Assembly (NCBI GenBank): GCA_039621445.1
Contig: CP154954.1
Coordinates: 40,231,572 to 40,295,571, forward strand
Length of the DNA: 64,000 nt
Source of the DNA: Euglena gracilis
Lineage: Eukaryota
Direction of reading: 5' to 3'
The position numbers and the translations under genes are program-made. Below the pieces are notes generated by a model. It was not told the DNA's origin and made no database searches. It saw only the letters and a list, made by a program, of their open reading frames with translations. How positions within the stretch are numbered: the first letter of the stretch is position 1; every line of letters begins with the position of its first letter. This document shows, in pieces, positions 39,020 through 52,440 of this stretch.

Positions 39020-40693
39020 ACCCCTGTGGTTGTCCCTCCCCACCCCCCTCGGCATTCAGGTCCGGTCCACCAATGCAGCGCCGCCGCGCCGCCCATTGCC
39101 AGCCCAACGCCCACCTCCCCCCGCCAGCCCAGCGCCCCCTGCCACGGGAAAGCAACTCGCGGTTGACGTTGTTTTTTTTTTGTGAGCTGTACGTGTTTTT
39201 GGTGGCCATGCAAGGCACTGCAGGCAGAAAGCCGAGCATTTTTTTTGAGAACGCTTGTGCACATACACACATATACACACACATCCAAACACATGTACGC
39301 GCAAACACACTTACACGCATCCGCACACCCACACCCACACCCACACCCACACCCACCCACCCACACACACACCCACACATGTGCACACGTACGCACATGC
39401 ACACATACCCACATGCACATATGCACAGTGCAGGGGGGACAACACAGTTTGTGGTGGTTTTGGCTTTCCTGGTTGGGTTTGTGTGAGCAGGGGGCACTGA
39501 AGGGAGGCAGCGGCGGCCAGGCGGCGCAGGAGCAGGGGCAAGCGAAGGAGCGGGGGTGCTCAGACCACTTTTTCAACGGTCATCTTGGGGAGGTATATGT
39601 TGTGTGCGTTTTTTAGAATTTTTTTCGAAATATTCGAAACTTTGGAGAATTTCTGAAGCCTGGTTAGGCGAAATATTGACGCTGCGCTGGTTCTTACCCA
39701 CATTTTTGGCAAAGTGGGTACCTCCCCCCCCCCCAGTGCTCACCCATCTTTTCCATTGATTAGACAGGGGGGGGTAAAACCGGCCAAGGTCATTGCTGAA
39801 AAAAATAATGCTTCCCCTCCCCCCCCCCCAAAACCAAGAAGGGATTGCAGGCAGCCCATGGGCCACGCCACTGGGCATATGATGCCATTGCCAGGCACTC
39901 AACAGTCCCACGCCACGCCAAGCTGGAAAGAAGCCAGCGTGGGCGACGGAGGGTTGAAAGTCCGTGTTGAGTTTGTTTCCTCCTGCTTACCTTGCTGGGC
40001 TTCACGCTTGCCTTGCCACCTTGGGTCCTTTGCAACCTTGCCACGCTGCAACCTTTCAACGCTTGCATTGGGCCTCTTTGAGTGGCCCTCTTTCTGCGGT
40101 GCTCCCGTGCCGCGCCCGTTTCTATTGCCTTTCCAACCGTGTGGTTGGCCTCCCTCTACCATGCCGTTGTTGGCATTTGCCTGCCCTTCAACCCGGTTCC
40201 TCTTGCCACCTCTTGCCACCCCCTGCCATCTGCCACCTTGGGCCCAGCCAGCAATGGGTGAGTGCAAGAATGAATAATGGTAATGAGGAAGGGAACAATA
40301 AGGGTAAGCAGCGGGGGGTTAGCCAGTTCGGTGATTTGCCCTGGCATATGTTGTCTGTTTGATCCGACTGACTGATGCTTGGATTGCCTGCTGACAAAAT
40401 GTTTTGGGGGTGGCATTGGCCCAGGGCTGCAATCCCGGCTGCACCCACAGATGTTTGCTGAAGAAAAGTTGTTGTTTAAAGGGCAGAGCACCCCCCGGGG
40501 GGTAATGCCTGCCTGGGCAGGCACTCAAAGGCACTCCGGACCCCCCCCCCTCCCCCCCGGGGTTGGTAAAAAACAACCTGGCGCCCCCGGCGTTGATGAC
40601 TGCAGCCGGAGGCGGGCAGCGGCGGCCGCATATCACAAGCTGATGGCAGCCCAGAGGTGCGTGTGTGCGTGGGGCCCATGTCTGTCAAAACCT
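39020..40693 (+). repeat. Local segmental duplication, copy 2
   Basis: Nearly identical to 32950-34590. Confidence 0.95.
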
Positions 40694-41683
40694 CAGACCA
40701 GGGTTTGCTGTAGGGTGTCATGGCTTCGGTTTTGCCGCTACCACCCCTGACTGCAGGGAGGATGCCCATCACCCCACCCACCTGCCAAGGGAAGGTGTCC
40801 AGACCGACCCCAGAGGGGCCCCCAGAGCGTCGTAATTTTCTTTTTCGGCGCTCTGCACGGAAACTTTTTTTTGGCATTTTCGGCAAAATTTGTCCCAAAA
40901 CGTGCCTGAAATAATGTTTTGGGTAGATTTGGGGTGACATTCCCCCATCCCTTCTCGCCTGGCTAAAAGTCAGTCTGTTTGGCCGCCCTGTTGTTCAGGT
41001 TGGGGATTGACCATTTTGCCCCGGGTGCTTGCGAATGGGGAGAAAACGGTGGAAATCCTGTGAAAGAGTTGGTGTCCGTCTCCAAACGGTTTTAAACGTT
41101 GTAGGGGGCTCTCCCCACCCACCCACTCGCTGGGGCCCGGGGGACGGGGAACCCACTCACTTTTCCCCGAAAATGGCCAAAAATCGCGAAAAATGCTAAA
41201 AATAGCACCTTTTTCAAAAACTTTCAGCGCCGAAAAGTATAGCCAAACCCCCCCCTGCCAAGGGGGTCCAGCCAATGTGCCTGCATTTTTTCCAGCCAGG
41301 AGCTCCCAACCAGGCTGTGGACCCACCCTCGGGGTCCGCTGGGGAACACCCCGCTGTGGACCAGCCCGGCAAAGACCGAGAAAAAAAGCCCTTGCGTTTT
41401 CTCCCTCATCCGTCCCCCCATTCTCAGGTGATAGGACATTTGCCTGCAAGGAGCTGTGCCTGGCCCTGGGTGGCCGCAGTTGCATTTCTTCAAGCCCCCT
41501 GGGAATTGGGAAGGTCTTCCAGGTGTTCCCCAACAAGAAGGCGCAGTGTTTGCAGCCGAAGGACGGTTGTCTTGAAGGTGTGGCAATGCTGCCGTCTTTG
41601 GAGTGGTTGTGTTCTAAAATGAGTCTTTTTTTAAAAAAAAGTGATGTAACCCCCCCATTTCCCCCCCCGTTTTTGACCCCAAC

Positions 41684-41891
41684 CAGGGGTTTTTTTTAGC
41701 CTTGGATCCTGGGGGGGGGGAGGGGGGGTGGGTCCCCCCCCCTCACCCGGGGGTGGGATATACTTTTTGGTGCCGAAAGTTTTTGAAAAGGTGCCATTCT
41801 TAGCATTTTTCGCGATTTTTTGGCCATTTTGGGGGGAAAGTGAGTGGGATCCCCCCTCCCCCACTCCTGGTCTTTTTTAAAAAAACCCCTG
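41684..41891. mobile_element. hAT-like MITE
   Basis: CAGGGGTTTTT...AAAAACCCCTG termini; TSD ACCCCAAC / CCCCCAAC. Confidence 0.8.
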
Positions 41892-42943
41892 CCCCCAACC
41901 ACCAAATTGTGATTTATGACTCCCCCGAAGGCAAAAAAAAAAGGCAAAAAATGCTGAGGAATCAAAAGGCAAAAATGTGCCAAAATTGCTGTGCCGAGAA
42001 AAAACAGGTGTGGGGTAGCCTGGCACTGAGGGGTTTTGGCAAAATCCCGTGAAATTGCCCAAAATATTTTGTTTTACCCCTCTGGTGCACAAGTCAGGGG
42101 TATTTTTGGGACGGCTTTTTTGGCCACACACCAAACCTCGACTTATAACCCCCCCTCCCCGCTTTGGACCGACGAAGAAAGTTAGTGGGGGATTCAGATT
42201 TCCTAAAATGTCCAAAACAGCGGTTGTAGTATTTTTTTTTATTTTTGTTTGCCGTTTGTTTGCCCCCCTCCCCCATCCGGCATTCTTGTGTTTCCGGAGG
42301 CGCTGATTTTGGGCCAAGCTTTTGTTTTGGCGCGGACGGAATTTTTCTTGTCCGCGGTCCCAACTCACTCACTTTTCCCCGAAAATGGTCAAAAATCAGG
42401 AAAAATGCTTAAAATAGCACCTTTTTCAAAAAATTTCGGCGCCGAAAAGTATATCCACCCCCCCCCTGCCAAGGGACCAGCCGGCAAAGGCCGAGAAAAG
42501 AAACCTCATACCCTTGCATTCTCTCCCTCATCCATCCCCCCATTCTCAGGTGACAGCCGAGAGGACAGCCATGTGTGGGTGTGGCACCCAGATCTGCTGG
42601 CCATGGGGAGATGGATGGAATTACGTTGTTTTTTTAAATGACGGCGGCAGCGGCACCATGCAATGCCCAGATGGCCTGGCCATGTGGTGGGTGGTGAGGG
42701 TGCGGTGTGGTGCGGTATGGGTGTGGGGTGGGTGTTGTTGCCGAGTGCCAATGTGCGAGCAGAGCAGAGTTTAATAACCATTTTTGGGATTCAATCCCCC
42801 CAACCCCAAGCCCTCCGATTGAGTGACCCCCATGATCATCTTGTTGTGGTCAATATGGCCCCCTCTGACGTTGCCTTTGGTTTTGGCTTTGATGACCAGA
42901 GCTGCTGACAGCCACCTGGGCCAGGGCTGGGCTTTTGGATTGC

Positions 42944-43147
42944 CTGTGTGTGTGTGTGTGTGTGTTGTGTTGTGTGCGTGCGTGCGTGCGTGCGTGTGTG
43001 TGCGTGCGTGCGTGTGTGTGTGTGTGTGTGTGCGTGCGTGTGTGTGTGTGCGTGTGTGTGTGCGTGTGTGCGTGTGTGTGCGTGTGTGTGTGTGTGTGTG
43101 CGTGTGTGTGTGTGTGTGTGTGCGTGTGTGTGCGTGTGTGCGTGTGC
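42944..43147. repeat. (GT)n/(GCGT)n microsatellite
   Basis: About 200 bp of alternating purine-pyrimidine sequence. Confidence 0.95.
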
Positions 43148-45172
43148 CCCTGTGTGGGTTATGTGTGTGGGTGAGTGGGTGGGTGGGTGGGGGGTTTGGC
43201 TGGGTGGTTGTTGTGTGGTTGTGTGTGCACCAACAGCCCGCATGGCCTTGTGGCAAGCGAGGCGATCCGCATCCACAACGCAACACCACCAGGGCTTTTG
43301 GGGCGTTGGGTTGTTGGTTTGGGTCGTTGGGTTTTTGGTTCCCTGTTCCCCCCCATTGGCCAACAATGAGCAAGCCATTGAGTGGTTTTGTGGTGTTGCC
43401 AATGGGCCGAATTTTGTGCTTGTAGTAGGTGTAGTAGGTGCTTGGGCATTCGGCCAAAGCATTTCCGGAACCAAAATCCCCGCAACCCCCTGGATGGGGG
43501 TCGACCCCATTTCCGGTGGCGCCAGTTTTTTTTGGGTCAAAATTTTCCTTTGTCGCCCTCGGAAGGAATTTCCTTTGGGCGGTGCCAAGGTGGGTGGGGG
43601 GGGATCCAGGGGGGGGGGAATGCAACTTGCATTTGCGTTTTTTTTTTTTGCATAATCAGGTTTTCCCGAAATTTGCATTTTTTGCATTTTTTTGCATAAA
43701 ATATTTTGCCCCGGAAAATTTTTTTGTAGTTGGTTGCCGTATGTTGGGATTTTTTTGCATTTTTTTGCATTTTTTACATAAAAAAATATTTTGCCCTTGA
43801 AAAAAAGTTTGTAGTTGGTTGGCATATGTTTGGATTTTTTGCATTTTTTTTGTTTTTTTTTTGCATAAAATATTTTGCCCTGGAAATTTTTTTTGATTTT
43901 AGGCAGCAAAGCTCTGTTCCAGCTTTTCATATTTCAGCTTTTTCTCAAGGTTTGCATGCAAGTTGCATTTTTTTTTTTTGCATTTTTTTTTTTTTTTTGC
44001 ATTTTTTTGACTTTCATAATTTTAAGGGCCAATTTGTATCCCCCCCCCCCCCGGTTGATCCCCCCCCATCAAGCCTTCCAGCACAGCCCTGCCAAAGTCC
44101 AGAAAAGCCCATTTTTTGGCTTTTTTGGCCCATCATTGTGGACCCCCCTCCCCAGGCAGGGCAGAACGGGAATCGGCCGAACAGCCAGGGTGGTGGGGTG
44201 GGGGGGGGTCGTCCCCCCCCCCACCCCCTGTTCCCGTATTTCCAGCAGCACCAATTTTTGGACCCGAAAAAAATTTTCCGGCGCCGGGTGTTTTTTTTTT
44301 ACCCATTTGGGACCCATATGGGGGGTCCCCCCAAAAACCACCCAAAACCCCATTTTTTCACACCTTCCAAAAATTCACCATTTTCTCAAAATGTCGATTT
44401 TGAGAGGTTTTTGACGCAAAAAAAATGCCGTTGAAAGTCCAAAAAATTTCAAAGAGAAAAAATGTCAGTAAAATTTGATTGTGCCAAAATTTGGTCCACT
44501 TTTTTTGACCTTTGCTTTTCTCACCCCCCTCCTAAAAACTACCAATTTTCAACCCTGAAATTTTTGAGATTTTTTTTGTGAAAAAGTGTGGTTTTCCATC
44601 AAAAATCATGTGTTTTGGGTTCATTTTTCAAAAAAAATTCAAAATTTTTTCTGGCCAAAATCCCCATTTCCCCGAAATCAGTGAAAATGCTGTGGAGGTG
44701 AGGGGGGGTCGACCCCCCCCACCAGGCCTTCCCGTTCTGCCCAGGGCACCCCAAGCCCCCCCCCCCCCCCCCCCCCCCCGGTTGGTTGAATTCATCCTGA
44801 TTGCCAATGCTTTATGCCCCAAAGGTCCAAAAAAAACGTTGCTGTTGTCGTTGTCGTTGTTGTTGTTGCTGTTGCTGCTGTATCATAACGCCGCACGCAT
44901 TTTTGTTAAAAAATGATAATACAAATGAAATAAAAGTGAAAGTTGATATAATCAACAAATGATGAAAGGTATCTTCAATGTGAAATATTGTCTATTGCCC
45001 CAAACTTTGATCAGGGCAAGTGCTGAATTGAACCTTGTGTAATAAAGCAAGTGCATGGAAGAAGTATAATGTATTTTTGGAGGGTTCCAGGTTCTCAGGA
45101 AAGGTGTTGGCTCGATGCTTGAAAGTTTTGGGGAACCGCCAACAACTTTTGCAAATTTTTCCAGCTGGACAC

Positions 45173-45309
45173 CAGGGTTTTTTTGTCTTGGACTCCTCGG
45201 GGGGGGGTTGGTCCAGCCGAGCCCCCCCCCCCCCTTCAGGGGGAGGAGTGGGGTATATTTTTCGGTGCCAGGGGTGGGTGGGTGCCCCCGGGCTTAAAAA
45301 AAACCCTGC
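45173..45309. mobile_element. hAT-like MITE
   Basis: CAGGGTTTTT...AAAAACCCTG termini; perfect TSD CTGGACAC. Confidence 0.88.
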
Positions 45310-48249
45310 TGGACACCTACCGGAAGTTGCCCCAACGGAAAGCCGTTCGCACTGCAATTTTGTCGCCACAGTTGCACACTGGCACAATTTTCTCTGTCCA
45401 AACAGAGGCGGAGCTTTTAGATCCATATTTTATCCCAAATGAGAGTTGGATCACCCCCCTGATTTTTTGATTTTTTTTCTGCGGGTGTTCGCATTCAAAA
45501 GTTGGCATTCAAGAAGGATTCAAGTAGGGGGCCCTTGCTTTTTAAAGAAAAGAATTCATTTAAATTTCTATTTCACAGAATCCGGAGAAAGGGTTAGCAT
45601 TACCTCGAGTGAAAACGGCGGAATCGTGGCCACCAGTGACCCTGCGAATTTTGACCAGACCATGGCTGGGGGGGGGGGGGTAGTTTCGTCGGCCGACTAG
45701 GCTTGGTCGGCGAGACGGGCATGGCGTGGGGGGGGGAATCGGCCGACCAACGGGCCAAGTTCGGAAACTTTTTAAACCCTCCTCTTTGAACAATTCCTGA
45801 GCAGAATTCCTGACCAAAATCAAAATTGGGCCAAATGGTCACCCTGCGCAAGTGTGGTCACCCATAGATGAGAAATGCACGGCCAATTTTGGCAAAGCAC
45901 CTCGGGTAGTTACCAATGGCAGTGCTTTGTTTCTCAGGGGTAAGAAAACCAGTAGCCCAACCGAACCCACCCGGGCCTCAGCTCGGGTTTCCCAAAGAAA
46001 CAAACGATGCTAACCCCCCCAAAAAAATTACACCATCCCTACCTGTGGCAAAAAAAAATCGGGCAAAATTTCGCCCCCCCACCTTTAATTCATCAAAGGC
46101 GCGCTTAGTCGACCCGCGGCCTCCTCCAGGGGGGTGGCCACCGCCCCCCCCCCCGCACCCCCTCAAATAACAAAATCCTTTTATGCTGGCAAACTTCTTT
46201 GGAGAGGGGCTGCTTTTTTTTCAGCGGGGTCATTTTGATGGGGTTTTCCGAAAAGGTAATTTTTTGACCCAACCAGGCTTTTTTTTTGGTTTTGGACCCC
46301 TGGGGGGGTAGGGTCGATCCACACCCATCCAGAACCCCCCTGTCTCATCCCCCCCCAAAGGTCTGCCCACGCCAATGCTGAATCCCCCGTTGGAGCCCGG
46401 GGGCGGGGCAGGGACCCCCTGTTCACTTGCGAAGTGCATTGCGGGGTCCCGAAGTGTACTCCTAGCCTCCATTGCCCCCCCACAGTCGGGAAATTAAAAT
46501 CGTGGGATGGTCTAGGGAAACAAAATAAACCCCCCCCCCAAATAATAAACCCCCCCGGTTTATTATTTGGACACCCGAAGTCGGGGTCCAGGGGGGGTTT
46601 TATTATTTGGGGGGTTTTATTATTTGGGCAAAATTTTCGAAGTCAAAAATTGACCCGAAAACCCCTCCACAGGCTCCAATGGTCACTTTTTTGGCATTTT
46701 TGGGCTTTTTTGAAAATTGGTTGCTTTTTTTGGCATATTTTCTGCACCAATTTGATCCATTTTTGTGTTTTTTTTTTTTATCTTTTCTGCTAATTTTTTA
46801 CTCTTTTTTTCTTTGCCCTCACACCTGCCAGAGGGGGGGGTTTATTATTTTGGCGGGCGAAGTTGGTCCTCAGGGGGGGGTTAGTATTTGGGGGGGGGGT
46901 TAGTGGGACACCCCCAAAAAATTCCATCACCCGGAGTTGGTTGGTCCGGCCGAGCCCCCCACCCGGGGGGGGGGGGGGGGGGATATACGTTTCGGCACCG
47001 AAAGTTTTTGAAAAAGGTTCCATCCAGCATTTTTCACGATTTTTTTTGGCCATTTTTGGGGGAAAGTGAGTGGGACCTCTTCTCGCACCCTCCCGGTCTT
47101 TTAAAAAGAAAACACTGCCCCCAACCACCAAATTGTGATTCATGACCCCCCGGCAAAAAATGGCAAAAAATGCTGAGGAATCAAAAGGCAAAAATGTGCC
47201 AAAATTGCTGTGCCGAAAAAACAGGTGTGGCACTGAGGGGTTTTGGCAAAGTCCCGTGAAATTGCCCAAAATATTTTGGTTTTCCCCTCTGCTGCACAAG
47301 TCTGGGGTATTTTTGTGACGGCTTTTTTGGCCACGCACCAAACCTCGACTTATAACCCCCCCTCCCCGCTTTGGATCGACGAAGAAAGTTAGTGGGGGAT
47401 TTAGCATTCCAAAAATGTCCTTTTGTTTCTCAAGGGGGCAGAAAATCATTAACCCAACTGACCCCACCCGTGCCTCAACTCGGGTTTACCCTGAAACAAA
47501 GGATGCTAAGTCCCCCAAAAATGACAAAATCCCTTCCTGTTGCCAAAAAAATTTGGGCAAAATTTCGCCCCCCCCCACCCCCTGTACCCCCCAACTTTCA
47601 ATTCAGCAAAGGCGAGCTTAGTCGACCTGCGGCCTCTTCGGTGGGGGGTGGCCATCGCCCACCCCCCCCCCCCGCACCCCCTCAAAATCCTTTTGTGTTG
47701 GCAAAATTGTTTGGAGGGGCTGCTTTTTTCTCAGGGGTCACCTTGGCGGGGTTTTCCTGGCCACTGCAAAGGTAAGAATTTGCCGGAACATGGCTGAAAA
47801 CGGGAATTTTTCTTCCGAATTTTTGTTTCTTCACCCCCGAGTCGGCGAACGTGACCGGCTAGTAAACCCTCCGAAATATAAAGCCCCCATGGCTTTGCAT
47901 TTGGACGGGATTTCAAGATCCCCAAGGGGGGCTTTTTATTGGGTGGGTAATCAAACTTTTTTGGCTGCCCCAGTGGCCTTAGGCGGCCATCATTTGCGGC
48001 CAAATACCAAATTTTATGCCAAATTTTCGTTGTGTGCTTTCAATGTCGACTGTCAAAGTTTGAAGGTGGCCGGTGGGCTCCAGATCAAGAGGGCCAGTTG
48101 GGCCAGAACTGATATCTAGGCCACTGGGGCCTGCATTATTACATCCCCCCTCAAAACTCTTCTCCAATGCCCATGGCAGGAGCAAGCTAAATCAAGGGGA
48201 GACCCTCTATGGGAAACATATGTCACTTGACAACACCAATGGCAAAGTG

Positions 48250-48960
48250 GAGGATCAGAGAGCCTGTGAGCAGAGCACACCCCCCACCCAGCATCCAGAA
48301 TTACAGAATGCTCTATCCCCCAGGGCATTAAGGCCAACACTCCCAACCCAGCCCACAGAAAATCAGGTCATTGGGGAAAAAAACTTCATGGAGGAAAAAT
48401 GGGGAAACACCACCCTACACCAGAGACCAAAAGAGTCTAATATGGTGGCAGAAAAATCACCCCCCCCTTCAAACTGCAAGCTAAGCAAAAATGGAATCCA
48501 AACCCCTGGGAACGGTCCCCAAAATTTTCCACGAATCCAAAAACCGGAGCCAATTTGGCCCTGAAACAGGCAGAAAAAATTGTGCTGGATTACGAGAAAC
48601 CCGGTTCAGCCAATAAGGTGGTGGATTCAGACACCACACATAATTCCATGGTTTCTGATTTCCAAACCAGAAGAGGGACCAACAAAGTGGAGAATGATCT
48701 GCAGCTGCAGAGAACTGAACCAACATTTTACTGTGCAAACCTTCAAGCTTGATCACATCCAGCAAATATTTCCTGTCCTGGCAAAAGACCACTGGTCACC
48801 CAAAATATGTTCAGTTTAGAATGGAAAAGGATGCCGACTTTCACATCCCCGTCGACCAGCCCCTAAGAACTTTTTAAGACATCAACTGGGGGGGGGGGGG
48901 GGCAGGCCTTGTAATTCCAGGAAGGCTGTTTTCGCCTAAACACCATGCCCCAGATTTCTG
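48250..48960 (+). pseudogene. Decayed DIRS pol 5' fragment (RT N-terminus)
   Basis: PWFLISKPEEGPTKWRMICSCRELNQHFTVQTFKLDHIQQIFPVL is homologous to 49868-50062; frameshifted and truncated. Confidence 0.8.
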
Positions 48961-49334
48961 CATTTGTCATTTCTGCCGTCCAAGGTGTCCAGAAGGAGTT
49001 TGATTTCCTTGAACTGATTTTTTCGGTGAACTGGCTTGCCGAAATGATTTCAGCTTGGGTGCAGCCAAGGGCAGTCGTCCCCGGTTCTTGGACCCCGCTG
49101 GGGTCCGGTGGTATCCGGTGGTATCCGGGCCCAGCCAGGCGCTCGGGATCTTTTTCCCCGTCGCCATGTGGGTTCACGACATGATGTGATGTACTCATTG
49201 CTCACTCTGCGGTCGTTGGCTTCATCTATGCAAATGGCCACCAAATATTTGCCATTGCGAATCACATCCTGTAACTTTTTTTGACCTGATGGAACGCACA
49301 TTTTTTGAAAAAAATCGCAAACCTTTCGCACTGC

Positions 49335-49654
49335 CTCGAGGCAAACCGAAAAAAGATGAAGGGACACCGAGGGCAAAGCACAAAGACCTTGTGAGGCCAT
49401 GCTTTGCTCGCCGGCTGTTTGTTGTTTTGGATTGTGCTCCGCTGGGATAGGAGTCCTTGCTTAGTGCCGCCTTGCCGGAGTTGGCGGATGATGCTCCGAC
49501 GTGGCGACGTGGCTTCTTGCCCCTTGCCCCCCACCCTGCGCTGCCCCCCCTGGCCCCCATTTTCTTCCGACCGCTTTTGAAAACAAAATTTTCTGTCGAG
49601 GGCTTTTGAACACAAAATTTAATTTACGGGTGGCGCGGTCGGGCTCACAAGGTC
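49335..49654 (-). mobile_element. Isolated 3' end (ICR tail plus right ITR) of a DIRS element
   Basis: Diverged reverse complement of 52492-52795, ending in CCTCGAG. Confidence 0.8.
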
Positions 49655-51600
49655 ATTTTGCTCAAAGGTTGCAAAAAAGCTTGAAATGGTGGACAAAAAG
49701 TGCCTCCCCCCCCCCAACAAGATGTCAACTCATAAGGGGTGGCATTCAACCCCCCTGGGTCAGCCCACCAAAATTGTCCACCCACCCCAAAAACAGAGCA
49801 AATTTGAACCTACCCCAAGCAGAAAAAATACTGCTGGAATACGAAAAATCTGGATCCGTAAAAGAGGGTGAGGGATTCAACCACCCAGCACCTGATCCCC
49901 TGGTTTCTGATTTCAAAACCAGAGGGGGGGGGGCAGACAAAATGGAGATTAATAAGCGATTGCAGGGAAATAAATAAAAGGTTCCAAGTGAAACCCTTCA
50001 AGCTGGATCACATCCAACACATTTTTCCAGTTTTGGAAAAGGCCACTGGGCAGCAAAAATAGACATGAAGGATGCCTATTTTCATATTCCAGTAAGTCCA
50101 TACCTAAGGCCATTTTTAAGGCATCAGGTGGGGGGGGGCAGACCTGGGAATTCCAGGCAGGCTGTTTTGGCCTGAATGTAATGCCCCAAATTTTTATGTC
50201 AGTAATGAAGACATTCGAAAAACTGTGGAGGAAAAGGGGCATCGAGGTATTTATTTGCCTGGACGACATTTTACTGGTGGCCCCGACGCAAAACATCTTA
50301 CAAAATCACCTGAACACAGTGGTCAGGGATTTAATCAAATCAGGGTTCAAAAAATATGTGAAAAAGTCCACCCTGCAGCCCACCAAAATCGTAAATCATC
50401 TTGGATTTCAGCTAAACTTCCAAGAGGGAAAATTACATGTGCCCCCCCAGAAAATAAAAACAGTAAAAAAGCAGCTGGGAAAAATGGTGAAAAAAGCTTG
50501 CATGTCAAAAAAGCAACTGGCTGCCATTTTGAGCCAAATCAGATGCAATCTAATCGCCTTGCCCTTTCTAAGGGCCTTTACGGGTGCCCTGGCAGTTTTT
50601 TTGGTGGAAAATTCCACTGACCCCTGGGACTCAAAAGACCCCATTTCCCAAAGAATAAAGGACCAATTAAGAGAAATAAAAAATTCTGCTGGACACCTGG
50701 GGGTGCAGACCCTTCCCCCAAAGTGCAACCAGGGAGTTGCACTCAGACAGCAGTACCCATGCCCGGGGGGGGGGGGGGGGGGGCTGGACTTTGGAACAGG
50801 CAAAATTGTGCAAGAATTTTGGAGGGAAAACTCCATTTTGCACATAAATGCAAATAATTAAGTGCAGCAATAAGCACAGTTCAAAGCCTCAGCCAGCCAG
50901 GGGAAACTGTGTCCCTATCCGTGGACAATCAAGTAATTTTACTATTACTTAACAAAGGGGGGGGGGGCAGAAAAGGCCCTTTCAATTCCACGCTAAGACC
51001 TTTCTTCAAATGGTGCATGGAGCACAACATAAACCTGCAGGTAAAGTGGGTCCCCTCCAAGGAATGCCTGGCAGACCCCATAAGCAGGTGGGAAATGGAC
51101 AGAGGGGATCATTCCGTGGACCCCAACTTTTTCAATGGCTAAGGCGGCAGTTCAAAAATTGCATCAACCAAAAAACAGACCTCTTTGCCTCACCAGGCAA
51201 CAAAAAACTGCCACAATTTGTGGCCAGGTGGCCACACTGGGGAGCCACAGCAGTAGATGCATTACAATGTCCACTGGACAACATGGGTGATCTTTATGCA
51301 AACCCCCCTGGTCTGTAATCCAAAAATTTCTCCCCAGATTAAAAACGTTTCCACGGGCCAAAGTTTTGACGGTCACCCCCTACTTGGTTTCAGCCACATG
51401 GTGGTCCCAGTTAATAAAAATGAAAGTTCCAGGGACCCCCTGCCTGAAAATCACCCCCTACATGGGTATGTTCACCAATTGCAGGGGAGAAAAAATGCCA
51501 CCCCCAGGTGGCCCCTGCTTTGCATGATTTGCTCAGGCAAATTCTGGAGGGGAAACAAACACAAAATACAACCAATAATTATTTCTGGGAAGAAACTCCA
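49655..51600 (+). pseudogene. DIRS pol (RT-RNase H-adenine methyltransferase), multiple frameshifts
   Basis: Pieces in ORFs 49868-50062, 50181-50861, 50909-51142 and 51010-51318 align with the pol of the minus-strand copy. Confidence 0.88.
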
Positions 51601-52440
51601 GCTTAAAGCCTTATCAAAGCGCTTTTACGCTTTTATGGGTGATTTTGGACAAAATGGGGGTACCCCCCCCCCCGCCACCACTCCCCAGTGGTTGACGCTT
51701 TAATTCAAATGTTCCAGTTTTCAAAGGCTCAAGCACGCAATGCATACAGTGCTATGCTTTTGATCCCTGGCTTTGGTGGCCTAAGGTTCCGTGCCACGTT
51801 GGCACCTTATAAAAGGCTTTGGAACCAAAACCTGGTGAAATATGGTGCATTCTGCGATCCCCTCCCAATCCTCCTGGGGCTGGCACAGTCCCCCCTGCCC
51901 TCTGATATATATACATTGTGTACACAACTCATTTTCTGTTCACGAATCCTCTGTTTATACAGAAGCTCATATTTGGCACAGGTCAAAAGGACCACCAGTG
52001 TGTTTGGGGGGGGGGCACCCTATATCAAAATTCAACTTAAAGGTCAAAAACTCCATAAGTGGGAGCGAGTTGTATCCATTCCCGAATGCCCCCAAATCAG
52101 TCCCTTTCATTTAATGATGTCTTATGGGGAGCAACACGTTCCTTTATGATACCTGAGGGCCCCCTGTTAATTACGTTAAAATCCCCCTACAAAGCCATTA
52201 AGGCAGATACCATTGCTTCTATCACCAAGAATTTTTGACCAACAGGGGGTACCCCCCCAGATTTAGGGATCCCACTCCACCAGAGGAGCAGGGGTTGGTT
52301 TATTCAAAAAATTGGGCCTTTCTGCCCAAGAAGTTTGTGAAATTGGTCGATGGAAGGGGTGGAGGCTTTCACAGCCAAATATCAAAGAGGGTGCTTTGGA
52401 AGGTGCCCTGGCCCCCCCTTTTTCAGTGCACAATCTGACC
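51540..52440 (+). pseudogene. DIRS tyrosine recombinase, frameshifted
   Basis: ORF 51688-52149 (QARNAYSAMLLIPGFGGLRF...KRLWN) matches the minus-copy recombinase (TARNAYAAVLLLPGFGSLRF...KRKWN). PHSTRGAG lies at ~52270. Confidence 0.88.

Noticed and set aside
42771-43930. Long His/Thr or Cys/Val-rich ORFs
   Set aside because: They are translations of the (GT)n microsatellite and low-complexity sequence.
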